DNA of 63,762 nucleotides, counting the filler, from Hyphochytrium catenoides (lineage: Eukaryota; Protista; Hyphochytriomycota), in NCBI GenBank assembly GCA_900088475.1. It is 6 parts of 6 records of this genome, joined end to end, with 100 filler letters (N's around TTAATTAATTAA, not from the genome) between each part and the next. Parts side by side here need not be neighbours in the genome. Positions count along the whole stretch, not along the records: positions 62,726 to 63,762 come from FLMG01002453.1; 5 more parts are not named here. One strand, 5' to 3'. Of the stretch, positions 62,682-63,762 are shown piece by piece (position 1 is the stretch's first letter; the number at the start of each line of letters is the position of its first letter). The notes beneath the pieces were generated by a model. That model was not told the origin of the DNA and did not search any database. It saw nothing but the letters and a program-made list of their open reading frames with translations. The position numbers and the translations under genes were made by a program.

Positions 62682-63571
62682 NNNNNNNNNNNNNNNNNNN
62701 NNNNNNNNNNNNNNNNNNNNNNNNNAGGAAGAGAGAGAGAGAGAGAGAGAGAGAGACACAGAGAGAGACAGAGAGAGAGAGGAGAGAGACACAGAGACAG
62801 AGACGGAGAGAGAGAGAGAGAGAGAGAGGGAGGGAGAGAGACACAGAGACAGAGATAGAGAAAAGAAGGCTAATGGTCAGTCAAATATCTGATTGTTCAT
62901 CGTCTTCCAGCGCGTCCACACTATCGTTTCTCGGGAGTCACTGCTGCACTATCCTCCTGCTGTTCAACCCTGTCTTCCCTTCCCTTGCGTGTAAAGCCAT
63001 CATCATCTTGTACCACCTCCACTATGGCTGCTTCTCGTCTCGGCAACCACTGCACTATCTTCTTGCTTTTCAACTCTGTCTTCCCTTGAGTGTAAGCCAT
63101 TGCCTTGATGTAAGCTATCATCAGCACCACAAGACGAGTCCAATGTAGATCTAGAAGATGAGGAGGCAGCAGTGATGATGGAAGAGGTGCTGGGAGGGGG
63201 AGGAGGAGCTCGCAGATCCCAGACTCTGTCTCTTCAAGCAGTTTAATACTGCAGACGTCGTTTGGATAAAGTGGTCGTCCGCACAGTGGGCGATCCTCTA
63301 AGTGGGAGAGGATCCCTGTGGCATAAGGGGCTGCAGAGAAAATCAGTAGGAAGCTCGTCGTGGATAATCAATTCCCTTGGCAGTAATTCCGGTACTTATC
63401 CAAGTAACCCCAATCCCTAAACACTAAAGCTCATTAAAGCAATTCCAGTTCCTCCCACGTGGTACTTTTACTTATACCCAGTTTCCAACACATGAGTCAC
63501 TGATTGATCTCTTCATGGCCGCATCAGACATTAGAGCTGACCCAAGAGATTGTCTTCCTCTGTCACGGTTA

Positions 63572-63713
63572 CCAAGCAGGCAGGCACGCAGGGCTGCGGC
63601 ACGAAGACAGCACTCAGGCAGGCAGGCACGCAGGCAGACAAGCACACAGGCTAACTAAGGGCACGAAGACAGCACTCAGGCAGGCAAGCAGGCAGGCACA
63701 GCGGCAGGCACGC
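63572..63713. repeat. Compound minisatellite: (CAGG)n runs with two copies of GGCACGAAGACAGCACTCAGGCAGGCA
   Basis: Directly visible copies at about 63598 and 63660. Confidence 0.8.
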
Positions 63714-63762
63714 ATTTTGATCAGCGCATGATCAGTAGTTCTACCTCATCAGGCTGCTCTTC

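Larger units (their letters stand above)
1..63762. repeat. Pervasive (CT)n/(GA)n microsatellites
   Basis: Many tracts, for example 85-114, 10561-10625, 11724-11764 and 45738-45792; densest in 1-12500 and 43200-59150. Confidence 0.99.

Overview
Eukaryotic, intron-rich nuclear DNA, most likely from a ciliated or flagellated protist (it has BBS8). It uses the standard code: TAA, TAG and TGA all serve as stops. The window is six contig pieces joined by N-TTAATTAATTAA-N linkers at about 17128, 43144, 51875, 59202 and 62670, so gene order only counts within a piece. Piece 1 holds a PAP2 lipid phosphatase (3' part), a DUF4246-like protein lacking its metal-binding His residues, a ~1560-aa protein ending in a SPRY domain, and ALIX/BRO1 (5'-truncated). 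Piece 2 is gene-dense with alternating strands: an NDUFAF7/MidA-like methyltransferase, PNPase, a ~106-aa coiled-coil protein, a decayed element, BBS8/TTC8, a PP2A catalytic subunit, Tim44 and ERCC1. Piece 3 holds a microsatellite-encoded E/R/S/L-rich protein spliced to a KCTD-type BTB domain. Piece 4 holds a secreted right-handed beta-helix (GH141-like) protein. Piece 5 holds an intronless actinobacterial-type MscL with a zinc-ribbon tail, set in host-type DNA. The most notable signals are the probably horizontally acquired MscL, a strand-polarised (CT)n/(GA)n microsatellite pattern that also invades exons in frame, and the DUF4246 pseudo-enzyme. All gene models and family calls were made by eye from splice signals and remembered motifs; no searches were run.
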